Shown here piece after piece: positions 38,415-48,104 of a stretch of 64,000 nt of DNA; within the stretch, counting starts at the first letter, position 1, and each line of letters opens with the position of its first letter. Below the pieces are notes generated by a model. It made no database searches. It saw nothing but the letters and a program-made list of their open reading frames with translations, and had not been told where the DNA came from. A program made the translations under genes and the position numbers. Source of the stretch: Patescibacteria group bacterium. Lineage in GTDB: Bacteria; Patescibacteriota; Patescibacteriia; Patescibacteriales; UBA12465. The stretch lies in assembly GCA_041658665.1 (NCBI GenBank), contig JBAZZR010000002.1, forward strand, positions 243,437 to 307,436, given 5' to 3'.

Positions 38415-39815
38415 ATGAATAAACAGTTAGACAATAAATTACCTCTAGTAGCGATTTGTGGACGTACTAATGTCGGCAAATCGACGCTTTTTAATTGCCT
38501 AACAGAAAAAAGACAAGCTCTGGTTTCTGATATCCCCGGCACCACGAGAGATAGTAATTTAGGCCTAGTCGAGTGGGCTAATAGCGCCTTTAATTTAGTT
38601 GATACAGCCGGAATAATTGATAAGCGCTGTCTTCAGACGGATAGAATAACCGCCGAAGATATTGATAGCCAAACCCAGAAACAAGCCAGAGCTTATTTAG
38701 ACCAAGCCGATCTCATTATCCTTTTACTAGATAATAAAAGCGGCTTACTGCCCGAAGACAGACAGTTAGCTTTAGGCTTAAAACGCCAGAAAAATTTACA
38801 ACAAAAAACTATCATCGTGGCTAATAAAGTAGATAATTTTAAACAAGCCGGCGAAGCCGCCCAATTTAATAAATTAGGTTTAGGAGAGCCCTTAATAGTC
38901 TCCGCCGCAAGTGGCCTGGGTACCGGCGATCTTTTAGATTCTATTGTCAACCGGATTGATAAAAACCGAAAAAATGAGAAAAAAATAGTTGAAGAAGGCG
39001 ATGATAATATCCGGGTCTGTATTATCGGGAGACCTAATGTTGGGAAGTCATCCCTCCTCAACTCTATCCTCGGCTATGAAAGAGTAATCGTCAGTCCATT
39101 ACCTCATACCACGCGTGAACCACAAAACACCGAAATAAATTACCAAAATAAAAAAATCACTTTAATTGATACCGCGGGGATTTCTAAACAAGGTAAAAAG
39201 ACTAAAGGGTTAGAAAAATATGGAATTTTTAAGACTCTCGAATCGCTAGCTAAAGCGGATGTGGCTTTGTTAGTGCTCGATTTGAGCGAACCTATTAGCC
39301 ACCAAGATGCTAAGCTTATTCAAGAAATAGTGGAACGACAAAAAAGTTTAATTTTTATTGCTAATAAATGGGATAAAATAGAAATTCGTAACACGAAAAA
39401 ATGGACCGAAGTCATCTATGATAAATTGCCTTTTGTCGCCTGGGCGCCAATTCAATTTATTTCTGCTAAAACCGGAGAAAAAGTAAAAAAAATTCTAGAT
39501 TTAATAATTCTCACCGCCGAACAAAGACGTCTAAGCCTCAGTGATTCGCAAACTGATAAATTTATGAAAGCGGTTATTAAACTCCATAAACCGGCTAAAG
39601 GTAGCGGTTTAAAAGCCCCTCATATTTATGAGTTCCGCCAAATAAAAAGTAGCCCGCCCTCTTTTATCGTTCGCATTAGACCAGACGACGATCTTCATTT
39701 CTCTTATGTGCGTTTTTTAGAAAACCGTTTACGTGAACGCCACGGATTTATTGGTACACCAATAAAGATCAAGGTAACTAAAGACAAAAAATCACATACC
39801 ACCTATAATAATTAA
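38415..39815 (+). CDS. der: Ribosome-associated GTPase Der/EngA (tandem GTPase domains plus KH-like domain)
   Basis: Two G1 motifs (GRTNVGKSTLFN and GRPNVGKSSLLN), two DTAG motifs and a C-terminal KH-like domain. Confidence 0.9.
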   Translation: MNKQLDNKLPLVAICGRTNVGKSTLFNCLTEKRQALVSDIPGTTRDSNLGLVEWANSAFNLVDTAGIIDKRCLQTDRITAEDIDSQTQKQARAYLDQADLIILLLDNKSGLLPEDRQLALGLKRQKNLQQKTIIVANKVDNFKQAGEAAQFNKLGLGEPLIVSAASGLGTGDLLDSIVNRIDKNRKNEKKIVEEGDDNIRVCIIGRPNVGKSSLLNSILGYERVIVSPLPHTTREPQNTEINYQNKKITLIDTAGISKQGKKTKGLEKYGIFKTLESLAKADVALLVLDLSEPISHQDAKLIQEIVERQKSLIFIANKWDKIEIRNTKKWTEVIYDKLPFVAWAPIQFISAKTGEKVKKILDLIILTAEQRRLSLSDSQTDKFMKAVIKLHKPAKGSGLKAPHIYEFRQIKSSPPSFIVRIRPDDDLHFSYVRFLENRLRERHGFIGTPIKIKVTKDKKSHTTYNN

Positions 39816-39819
39816 ACCT

Positions 39820-40362
39820 ATGAAAATTATTGTCGGCCTCGGTAATCCGGGTAACCAATATCAAAACACCCGCCATAATATCGGCTGGCTCGCTTTAGAT
39901 AATATTCTCGGCCCAGTCCGTTGGACGGAAAATAAAAAATTCTCGGCCCTAATCTATGAAGAGGGCGAATTTTTATTTGTTAAACCCCTTACCTTCATGA
40001 ATAACTCCGGGCAAAGTGTGCAAAAAATACTAGATTACTATAAATTAAGACCAAAAATCTTAGGCGTTCTTAATAAAAAAGAAATAGACTTAAACGATGT
40101 TTTAACCGTTGTCCAAGATGATTTGGATTTAAATTTTGGCGACTATCGTATCGCTTCTAACTCTAGTAGTGCCGGACACCGCGGCGTCCAATCAATCATT
40201 GATTATTTAAAAACCAAAAAATTCAAACGCTTCCGCCTCGGCATAAAAAACGAACTGCTCAAGACCAATATCCCGCCCGACCAATTCGTGACTCAAGCTT
40301 TCAGCGCCGAAGAACAGAAAAAATTACCCGCCCTCTTTGCTCAATTAAATATAAAAAACTAA
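39820..40362 (+). CDS. pth: Peptidyl-tRNA hydrolase
   Basis: MKIIVGLGNPGNQYQNTRHNIGW... matches the Pth signature. Confidence 0.85.
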   Translation: MKIIVGLGNPGNQYQNTRHNIGWLALDNILGPVRWTENKKFSALIYEEGEFLFVKPLTFMNNSGQSVQKILDYYKLRPKILGVLNKKEIDLNDVLTVVQDDLDLNFGDYRIASNSSSAGHRGVQSIIDYLKTKKFKRFRLGIKNELLKTNIPPDQFVTQAFSAEEQKKLPALFAQLNIKN

Positions 40363-40410
40363 CTCTAACATAAAATCCTCCTAAAAAATTTAGGAGGATT
40401 TTATTTTTAT

Positions 40411-41598
40411 ATGATAATCGCTAATAAAAATACGCCACTTCAAGCGACCCCGGATTGCTCCGATACTATTTACTATTTAGCCTTCAGTTATTTTCCCGCT
40501 ATCGGACCGGTCACCATCCTGAAGTTAAAAAATCATTTTGCTAATTTACAAGAAGCTTTCTACTCGTCTGGCCACGAGCTAAAAATAGCCGGATTGAAAG
40601 AATCTGTAACTAGCGATTTTTGCTATTGGCGACGAACCTTCGACTTAAATCAAAAATTATCTGATTTAAAGAAAGAGGGAATTAATTACGTAGGTTTAGG
40701 TGATCATGCTTATCCCGCTATCTTAAAAAATATTGCCGATCCGCCTATTATTTTATATTATAAGGGCAGCCTTTCTTCTGAACTAAAAAATCGTTTAGCG
40801 GTAGTTGGTTCGAGAACTCCTAGCGCCTATGCGGAAAAAATAATTAACTCGCTCTTGCCGCCGCTCATTAAAGCTAAGATCGAAATAATTAGTGGTTTAG
40901 CAATTGGCACCGATACTCTCGCCCATCAAACTAGTCTGAATTACCAGGGGCTAACCTCGGCCGTACTAGGCTCAGGGCTTAGTTCTAGAAATATCTATCC
41001 AGCTAGTAATCAGAAATTAGCTCAACAAATTATCGCCCAAGGAGGGGCAATAATTTCCGAATTTCCGCCCGACATGCCGCCGTTAAAACAGAATTTTCCG
41101 AGACGCAATCGCCTGATTTCTGGCCTCACGCAAGCTACCTTGATCATCGAAGCTAAAGCTCGATCAGGGACACTTATTACGGCTCATTATGCCTTAGAAC
41201 AGGGACGCGAAGTCTTAGCCGCTCCTGGTAATATTTTTTCTTTAACTTCCGAAGGAACCAATAATCTAATCAAGGAGGGGGCTAGCCCAGTAACTAGAGC
41301 CCAAGATATTTTAGAAATATTTAAGTTGGAAGATACTCTCGATCAAGATAAAGATTTGCCTGACCGACAAGAAATGAAATCTCATACCGCAATCAATAGA
41401 AATAACCAATTTGCTAACGCCACCGAACGCTTAATTTATAATATAATCAGTCGATCGTCTGAGCGGGCGGAAACTATTTGCCCCGATGAAATTATTAAAA
41501 AAACAAAACTTAATACTTCAGTAGTTAATAGTTCCCTGAGTCTGCTAGAAATTAAAGGACTTGTTAAAAATACCGAATCCGGCTATGATTTAAATTAA
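40411..41598 (+). CDS. dprA: DNA-processing protein DprA (Smf)
   Basis: Rossmann-like core AVVGSRTPSAYAEK...ISGLAIGTDTLAHQ and a C-terminal winged-helix extension. Conserved dprA-topA synteny. Confidence 0.8.
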   Translation: MIIANKNTPLQATPDCSDTIYYLAFSYFPAIGPVTILKLKNHFANLQEAFYSSGHELKIAGLKESVTSDFCYWRRTFDLNQKLSDLKKEGINYVGLGDHAYPAILKNIADPPIILYYKGSLSSELKNRLAVVGSRTPSAYAEKIINSLLPPLIKAKIEIISGLAIGTDTLAHQTSLNYQGLTSAVLGSGLSSRNIYPASNQKLAQQIIAQGGAIISEFPPDMPPLKQNFPRRNRLISGLTQATLIIEAKARSGTLITAHYALEQGREVLAAPGNIFSLTSEGTNNLIKEGASPVTRAQDILEIFKLEDTLDQDKDLPDRQEMKSHTAINRNNQFANATERLIYNIISRSSERAETICPDEIIKKTKLNTSVVNSSLSLLEIKGLVKNTESGYDLN

Positions 41599-41609
41599 AT
41601 TATCAATTT

Positions 41610-43838
41610 ATGAGCCTCATCATCGTCGAATCGCCTACCAAGGCTAAAACTATCAGTAAATTCCTAGATAAAAAATATCAGGTCGAATCTTCATTCGGCC
41701 ATATTCGAGATCTGCCAAAAAGTGAAATGGGGATTGATATTGAAAAAGACTTTACCCCGCGCTATATCATCCCCACTAAAGCAAAAAAAATAGTTTCCGC
41801 TCTTAAGGCGGCAGCCAAAAAAACCGACGAAGTAATTCTGGCCTCTGATGAAGACCGCGAAGGAGAAGCCATTGCTTGGCATTTAGCTCAGGCTCTCGGG
41901 CTAAAAGAAGATAAAATAAAAAGGATTGCTTTTCACGAAATAACCAAAGGAGCAATTTTAGCCGCTTTAAAAAATCCCCGTCCCATTGACTATAATATGG
42001 TCGACGCCCAACAAGCGCGTCGTATCTTAGACCGCTTAGTTGGCTACGAGCTGTCTCCTTTTCTTTGGAAAAAAGTCGCTAAAGGCCTATCGGCCGGCCG
42101 AGTGCAAAGCGTCGCCACTCGACTTATTGTCGAGAGAGAAAAAGAAATTAAAAATTTCATTAGCGAGGAATACTGGACGATATCCGCCGCCCTCGCCGAA
42201 AATAAAAAAACGGAAGTATTTCAAGCCGACCTTTATAAAATCAATAAAAAAACCTTCAATAAACTTAGCCTGAAAAAAGACCAAGCCGCGGAGTTAAAAG
42301 AGAGTCTGTCCTCCGCTGAATATCAAATACAAAAAATAGAAGATAAACAAATCCATAAAAATTCATCAGCCCCTTTCACTACTTCGACTCTTCAACAATC
42401 GGCTAACCGCCATCTGGGTTTCAGCGCCAAACAAACGATGTCAGTCGCCCAAAAATTATACGAACAGGGCTATATTACCTACATGCGTACCGACGCGCTT
42501 AATCTTTCCCCCAAATTTATTCAAGAAACTCAAATTTGGCTAGATAAAAATCTAGGAAAAGACTATACTCTAGAGGGTGGACGCGCTTTTAAAAATAAAA
42601 ATAAAAATGCCCAAGAAGCTCACGAAGCTATTCGTCCGACAGAGGTCAATATCACGCCAGAGGACCTTAGTAGTAAACTAGACAAAAACCAAGAGCGTTT
42701 ATATCGTCTAATCTGGCAGAGAGCGGTGGCCAGCCAGATGCCAGCCGCCAAATTAGCCGCCACAGTAATCGACGTCAGCGCTACTCAAAACTCGACGGAA
42801 TACATCTTCCGCGCTAATGGACAAACTCTACTCTTTCCTGGCTATCTAAAAATATGGCCAGAAAAAACTAAAGAACAAATATTACCAAAACTCTCAGAAG
42901 GACAAAAATTAGAATTAATAGCCATCCGTAGCGAAGTCCATACCACTAATCCTCCCGCCCGTTATTCCGACGCCAGCTTAGTAAAAGAATTAGAAAAATA
43001 CGGTATCGGCCGCCCTTCTACTTATGCCCCGACTATTAATACGATTATTGTTCGCAACTACGCCAGTCGGGATGAAAATAAAAAATTAAAACCTAGTGAC
43101 ATTGCCTTCGTCGTCACGGATTTATTAATTAAACATTTTCCCGAAATAGTCGATTATAGTTTTACCGCTAAAATGGAAGATAATTTAGATCTTATTGCGA
43201 CGGGCGAAAAAAAATGGCAACCGGTCATCAGAGATTTTTACGAGGGGTTCCATCACAATTTAACTAATAAATACGAAGAAATTAAAAAAAGCGATATTAT
43301 GCCCGAAGAACAATCAAACGAAATTTGTGACAAATGCGGCGCTAAAATGGTTGTTAAAACCGGCCGCTACGGTAAATTTTTGGCTTGCAGCGCCTTTCCA
43401 GATTGCCGTAACATAAAAAAAGTAGCCGGCGAGAATGGGGAATACGCCCAGAAAGAAGCTGATCCTAAAACTCAGGAATTAGAAAAAAAATATGCAGGAG
43501 AAATTTGTGACAAATGCGGGTCAGCTATGAAAGTAAAAACTGGTAAATTCGGACCGTTTTTAGCTTGTTCCGCTTATCCGAAATGTAAAAACATTAAAAA
43601 CATTAATCAGTCAGGCAGTGGGAAAGAAGTCGCTTGTCCGGCCTGTGGCGAGGGGAAAATAGTCAAAAAATTCAGTCGCCGAGGAGTTTTCTATGCTTGT
43701 AGTGCTTATCCGAAATGTAAAAATGCTTATTGGGGCGAACCAACGGGAGAAAAATGCCCTCATTGCCAATCGCTTTTAGTCACTGATAAAAGCGGCGAAA
43801 TAAAATGCAGTGATAAGAGCTGCGGCTATAGTAAATAA
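41610..43838 (+). CDS. topA: DNA topoisomerase I with four C-terminal zinc-ribbon CxxC pairs
   Basis: TOPRIM start MSLIIVESPTKAKTISKFL, the active-site Tyr region, and repeated C-x2-C...C-x2-C zinc ribbons at the C-terminus. Confidence 0.9.
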   Translation: MSLIIVESPTKAKTISKFLDKKYQVESSFGHIRDLPKSEMGIDIEKDFTPRYIIPTKAKKIVSALKAAAKKTDEVILASDEDREGEAIAWHLAQALGLKEDKIKRIAFHEITKGAILAALKNPRPIDYNMVDAQQARRILDRLVGYELSPFLWKKVAKGLSAGRVQSVATRLIVEREKEIKNFISEEYWTISAALAENKKTEVFQADLYKINKKTFNKLSLKKDQAAELKESLSSAEYQIQKIEDKQIHKNSSAPFTTSTLQQSANRHLGFSAKQTMSVAQKLYEQGYITYMRTDALNLSPKFIQETQIWLDKNLGKDYTLEGGRAFKNKNKNAQEAHEAIRPTEVNITPEDLSSKLDKNQERLYRLIWQRAVASQMPAAKLAATVIDVSATQNSTEYIFRANGQTLLFPGYLKIWPEKTKEQILPKLSEGQKLELIAIRSEVHTTNPPARYSDASLVKELEKYGIGRPSTYAPTINTIIVRNYASRDENKKLKPSDIAFVVTDLLIKHFPEIVDYSFTAKMEDNLDLIATGEKKWQPVIRDFYEGFHHNLTNKYEEIKKSDIMPEEQSNEICDKCGAKMVVKTGRYGKFLACSAFPDCRNIKKVAGENGEYAQKEADPKTQELEKKYAGEICDKCGSAMKVKTGKFGPFLACSAYPKCKNIKNINQSGSGKEVACPACGEGKIVKKFSRRGVFYACSAYPKCKNAYWGEPTGEKCPHCQSLLVTDKSGEIKCSDKSCGYSK

Positions 43839-43851
43839 CCGACCCTCCAAT

Positions 43852-43886
43852 TAAAAAAACTATTCAACTAGAATAGTTTTTTTAAT
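43852..43886. terminator. Bidirectional intrinsic terminator (AACUAUUC/GAAUAGUU)
   Basis: aaaaaaactattcaactagaatagttttttt seen directly. Confidence 0.6.
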
Positions 43887-43907
43887 TTTAAACAGTTTAA
43901 GCAAAAA

Positions 43908-44204
43908 CTATTTTTTCTTACTGGTAGTCGTTTTTTTCTCTCGCTTTTCTTTAACAAACTCCATGGCCTTTTTCGCGATCTCCCCTAAAATCATAAAATA
44001 AGCGGCACTATTCTTTAATTTATCTTTAGCAATATCAAGGATCTCTTCCGCTTTAGTCACGCCCGCTTCAATTCGTTTAACTAACCGAAAAATTCGTTGC
44101 ACGCTGGCCACGAAATAATAAATCGCCCAACATAGGAAAAAAGTAAGCGCGACCAAACAAACGGACAGTACTAAATTTAAAACATCGCTCGAAGTAGTAA
44201 ACAT
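43908..44204 (-). CDS. Small membrane-anchored coiled-coil protein (hypothetical), last gene of the valS-pheST operon
   Basis: One N-terminal TM helix, then a charged helical region with a Lys-rich tail. Confidence 0.35.
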   Translation of the reverse strand: MFTTSSDVLNLVLSVCLVALTFFLCWAIYYFVASVQRIFRLVKRIEAGVTKAEEILDIAKDKLKNSAAYFMILGEIAKKAMEFVKEKREKKTTTSKKK

Positions 44205-44240
44205 ATATTTAGAATATTTTTATATTAATTGTGTTAACTT

Positions 44241-46670
44241 TTAAAAATCCCGCAATTGCGCCGCAAATTTTCGACTTAAATGACTAATTAATTCCTGCTG
44301 AATTTTATCAACTTCCCCAGCAGTTAAAGTTTTCTCCTCTGACTGAAAAATTAAATGGAAAGCCAAGCTCTTCTGTCCACTAGTTAATCGACTACCGTTA
44401 TAAACATCGAATAATTCCACATCCTTAATCAACGGATGAAAATTGGCGATATCTTTTCTTAAATCATTATACAATATTTTATCATTAACGACAAAAGCTA
44501 AGTCGCGACTGAGCGCCGGATATTTGGCCGCTTCCCGAAAACGAAAAGATGATAATTTAGTAATTAAATCAAATAACCGACTGAAGTTAATTTCCGCGAG
44601 AACGACTTTCTTCTTCAAATTCATATTACTAGCCACTATGGGATTTAAAAGGGCCAATTGACCGATTTCTTGATCAAGAAAAATAATACCAGCGGTCATT
44701 TGCTCATCCGCCCAACCCGGTTTATTATCGATAACAATGAAACTAACCTCTAAGTTATAATTAGTGATAGTTTGTAGTAACCCCTTCACAATTCCCTTTA
44801 AATGACTAAATAAATCGCGTTCATCACTTGACCAAGCTAATCCTAAATGTTTTTCTTGATGGGGTAGAGAGCTATCATTAGTTTCATCTTTTTTAAGACC
44901 ACCGGGAGAACCAAAAAAAACGTTACCGATTTCAAAAAATCCTAAATTAATATTGCGTGCCTGATTGGTTTTAATATTTGTTAATAACCCCGGGACTAAA
45001 GATTGACGTAGTAAAGATTGGAAATCCGAAAGAGGATTAACTAATCTAAGATAATGAGAGAAATCAATTTGATTTTTTTTGAGTTGTTCCTCCCCGACAA
45101 AAGAATAGTTATAAACCTCATTTAAATCATATTTAAAAGCTAAAACGTTTTTGATTTTTCGCTCTAGTTGTCGCTCTTGATTCGCGGCCGGAATACTCAA
45201 CACTTGGACGGGCATTTTTGATGCAATATTGCTATAACCATAAAAACGTAAAACTTCTTCAACTAAATCTTCACGTGTTCTAATATCTTTAGTCGCTCGC
45301 CAAGAAGGAATAGTTATTCGAAGAATCTCGGCTTGACAATCTTGAACCTTAAAACCTAATTTGTCGAAAATACTCAGAATCTGCTCTCGAGGAATTTCTT
45401 GACCAATTTTAAGAGCCAACCAATTCAGCGCTAAATCAATTTCTAAAATACTCGGCGGAATATTATTAATATCGACTAAATTGCTCGCTATTTGAAAATC
45501 CGGGCAAACATCTTTTAATAAAAATATGAATCTTTTAATCGCGAGTTCGGTTAAAATCGGATCTAATGACTTCTCAAAACGGCTAGAGGCTTCCGAACGT
45601 AAAGCTAATTTCTGACTAGTTTTACGAATGGCGGTCGCCTTAAAATTAGCTGACTCTAAAATAATTTCTTTAGTTTCTAAACGAACTTCACTGGCCACTC
45701 CGCCCATAATACCGGCCAGCGCTACCGCTCCGTGACTACTAGCAATAACTAAATCCTCGTCACTTAGAAGACGCTCTCGACCGTCTAAAGTCTCCAAGCT
45801 TTCCCCTGGAGCGGCGCGCCGCACTATTATTTTATCAACTCTAGCGGCGTCAAAAGCATGGAGGGGTTGGCCGATATCTAACATAACATAATTAGTCAAA
45901 TCGACAATATTATTAATTGGCCTCTGCCCGACAGCGATGAGGCGTTGTTTGAGCCAAGCCGGAGAATCCTTCACCACGATATTACTTATTTTAATGGCGC
46001 TATAACGAGGACATAAATCTTTATCTTCAATTTTAACCTCTAATTCTTTTTTAGGCCCACTCACCGCAATAATTTTAGCTAAAAATTTTTCAAATGGTTT
46101 TAAACTAACCCCTAAAATGACCGATAATTCCCGGGCTATCCCATAATGGCATAACAAATCCGGCCGATTAGACAAGGATTTATTATCAACCTCAAAAATA
46201 ATATCATCCGCTTTTAAATATTTGGCGAAAGAGGCTCCGATTTTAGCGTCGGCGCCCAGAACTATAATTCCTTCATGGTTTTTTCCCAAACCAAGTTCAT
46301 CTTCCGCACAAATCATTCCGCCCGATTTCTCGCCTCGAATTTCCGACTCTTTAATTTCTAAACCATTTGGCAACACGGCTCCTATTAAAGCGACTGGCAC
46401 TAATTGTCCAACGGCGAGATTAGGAGCGCCACAAACAATCCGCAGTTTTTCTTTTTTCACATCAACGAGGGCCAAACGTAAACGATCAGCATTAGGATGT
46501 TTACTGACCTCTAAAACCTGTCCGATCACTACTCGATTAAATTGGTCGGCCTGTCGATTAACCCCCTCCACTTCGACGGTTTGATTGGTTAATTGAGCAG
46601 CCAGCTCTTCCGGACTTAATTTAGCCGGTACTTTGATAAAATCTTTTAACCAATTATAGGAAATATACAT
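44241..46670 (-). CDS. pheT: Phenylalanine--tRNA ligase beta subunit
   Basis: N-terminal MYISYNWLKDFIKVPAKLSPEEL..., followed by B3/4, B5 and anticodon-binding domains. Length 809 aa. Confidence 0.9.
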   Translation of the reverse strand: MYISYNWLKDFIKVPAKLSPEELAAQLTNQTVEVEGVNRQADQFNRVVIGQVLEVSKHPNADRLRLALVDVKKEKLRIVCGAPNLAVGQLVPVALIGAVLPNGLEIKESEIRGEKSGGMICAEDELGLGKNHEGIIVLGADAKIGASFAKYLKADDIIFEVDNKSLSNRPDLLCHYGIARELSVILGVSLKPFEKFLAKIIAVSGPKKELEVKIEDKDLCPRYSAIKISNIVVKDSPAWLKQRLIAVGQRPINNIVDLTNYVMLDIGQPLHAFDAARVDKIIVRRAAPGESLETLDGRERLLSDEDLVIASSHGAVALAGIMGGVASEVRLETKEIILESANFKATAIRKTSQKLALRSEASSRFEKSLDPILTELAIKRFIFLLKDVCPDFQIASNLVDINNIPPSILEIDLALNWLALKIGQEIPREQILSIFDKLGFKVQDCQAEILRITIPSWRATKDIRTREDLVEEVLRFYGYSNIASKMPVQVLSIPAANQERQLERKIKNVLAFKYDLNEVYNYSFVGEEQLKKNQIDFSHYLRLVNPLSDFQSLLRQSLVPGLLTNIKTNQARNINLGFFEIGNVFFGSPGGLKKDETNDSSLPHQEKHLGLAWSSDERDLFSHLKGIVKGLLQTITNYNLEVSFIVIDNKPGWADEQMTAGIIFLDQEIGQLALLNPIVASNMNLKKKVVLAEINFSRLFDLITKLSSFRFREAAKYPALSRDLAFVVNDKILYNDLRKDIANFHPLIKDVELFDVYNGSRLTSGQKSLAFHLIFQSEEKTLTAGEVDKIQQELISHLSRKFAAQLRDF

Positions 46671-46679
46671 ATAAAAAAA

Positions 46680-47720
46680 TTAAAATTGTTCTAAGAATTT
46701 AAGATCACCACTATTAAACAGGCGAATATCATTGATATTATATTTAAGCATAGCTAAACGATTCAAACCGAAACCAAAAGCTAATCCCGAATAAACATTA
46801 GGATCAATCCCCCCCGCTCTTAAGACCTCGGGGTGGACCAAACCCGCTCCTACAATTTCTAACCAACCGCTATATTTACAAACGCGGCAGCCCTGACCGG
46901 CACATAAAAAACAACTATATTCTCCATTATTTCCTGGTTCGACAAAAGGATAATACTTCGGTCGCATACGTAACTTAGTACTAGGACCAAATAATTTCTG
47001 GCCCACAATTTCTAATAAGTTTTTTAAATTCGCGAAATTAATATCCTTATCGACCACTAAACCCTCTAATTGATAAAAAGTATGCTCGTGACGAGCATCA
47101 GTCGCCTCGTTACGAAAACAGCGTCCCGGGATAATCACTTTTAGTGGCGCACCATATTTTTGCATAGTACGAATTTGCACTGGGGAAGTATGAGGCCGCA
47201 TGACTAAATCATATTGTTTGTTTCTATTAGGTAAATCGACGTAAAAAGTATCCTGCATATCGCGAGCTGGGTGATAAGGGGGAATATTCAAAGCCGTAAA
47301 ACTAAAATAGTCACTTTCTAATTCTGGACCATCGGCCACCATAAACCCTAGAGAACTAAACAAATCCTCTAACTCGCTCTGGATAATAGTAATCGGGTTT
47401 AAATGCCCACTAGCCAAATTTTCTCCCGGTAAAGTAACGTCAACCGATTCTTTTTTAGTCGAATAATTATTAAGTTTCTGACTAACCTCCAAAAATTTTT
47501 CCTGTAATTCACCTTTAATACTATTAGCTAACTCACCAACCTCTTGACGCAACTCGAGACTAAGATCTTTTAAGCCGTGTAAAACCTGACTGAGTTCGCC
47601 TTTACGAGATAAATATTTTATCTCCAATTCACGCAAATATTCATTATCTTGGACTCGAGCGAGCTGTTGCAAAAATTCTTCCCGTAATTTATTTAATTTA
47701 TCTTTCATATATTTAACCAA
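46680..47720 (-). CDS. pheS: Phenylalanine--tRNA ligase alpha subunit
   Basis: Class II motifs (…FRNEATDARHEHTFYQLEG…, GAGLVHPEVL) and an N-terminal coiled-coil. Confidence 0.9.
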   Translation of the reverse strand: MVKYMKDKLNKLREEFLQQLARVQDNEYLRELEIKYLSRKGELSQVLHGLKDLSLELRQEVGELANSIKGELQEKFLEVSQKLNNYSTKKESVDVTLPGENLASGHLNPITIIQSELEDLFSSLGFMVADGPELESDYFSFTALNIPPYHPARDMQDTFYVDLPNRNKQYDLVMRPHTSPVQIRTMQKYGAPLKVIIPGRCFRNEATDARHEHTFYQLEGLVVDKDINFANLKNLLEIVGQKLFGPSTKLRMRPKYYPFVEPGNNGEYSCFLCAGQGCRVCKYSGWLEIVGAGLVHPEVLRAGGIDPNVYSGLAFGFGLNRLAMLKYNINDIRLFNSGDLKFLEQF

Positions 47721-47723
47721 CTA

Positions 47724-48104
47724 TTAAGAAGTTTTTTTCAAGCTTATTAAAAATAACTCTAAAATCGTAAAAATAATTAGCAACAACCCGAGATTAAGCC
47801 AAGTAAATAAAGACTGGGACTTTAAAATTAAAAGAATAATAATAAAACAAGAAAACAGAAATGATTGACGAAAAGAATTCCGTACTAAATTAAAGGCTAA
47901 TTCTTTTTTCAGAGCCACAAAACGCAACACGAATCCCAAGAGAGCGACCGTGCCGACTAAAGCGATAAATAAGGCGGCATAAAATAGAAAAAAACCTAAC
48001 CAATTCGTAGTATCGGGATTAACTAAGTCGGCCACAAACAGAAATACTCCCCAACAAATAATGGTTAGTCCGCCCATAACTAATAAATATTTCTTTAAAG
48101 TCAT
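47724..48104 (-). CDS. Hypothetical membrane protein (4 TM helices) within the aaRS operon
   Basis: Hydrophobic helices. The stop of valS overlaps its start by 4 nt. Confidence 0.35.
   Translation of the reverse strand: MTLKKYLLVMGGLTIICWGVFLFVADLVNPDTTNWLGFFLFYAALFIALVGTVALLGFVLRFVALKKELAFNLVRNSFRQSFLFSCFIIILLILKSQSLFTWLNLGLLLIIFTILELFLISLKKTS

Noticed and set aside
38693-39061. Minus-strand 122-aa ORF inside der
   Set aside because: Antisense to the tandem-GTPase gene, whose motifs are unambiguous.
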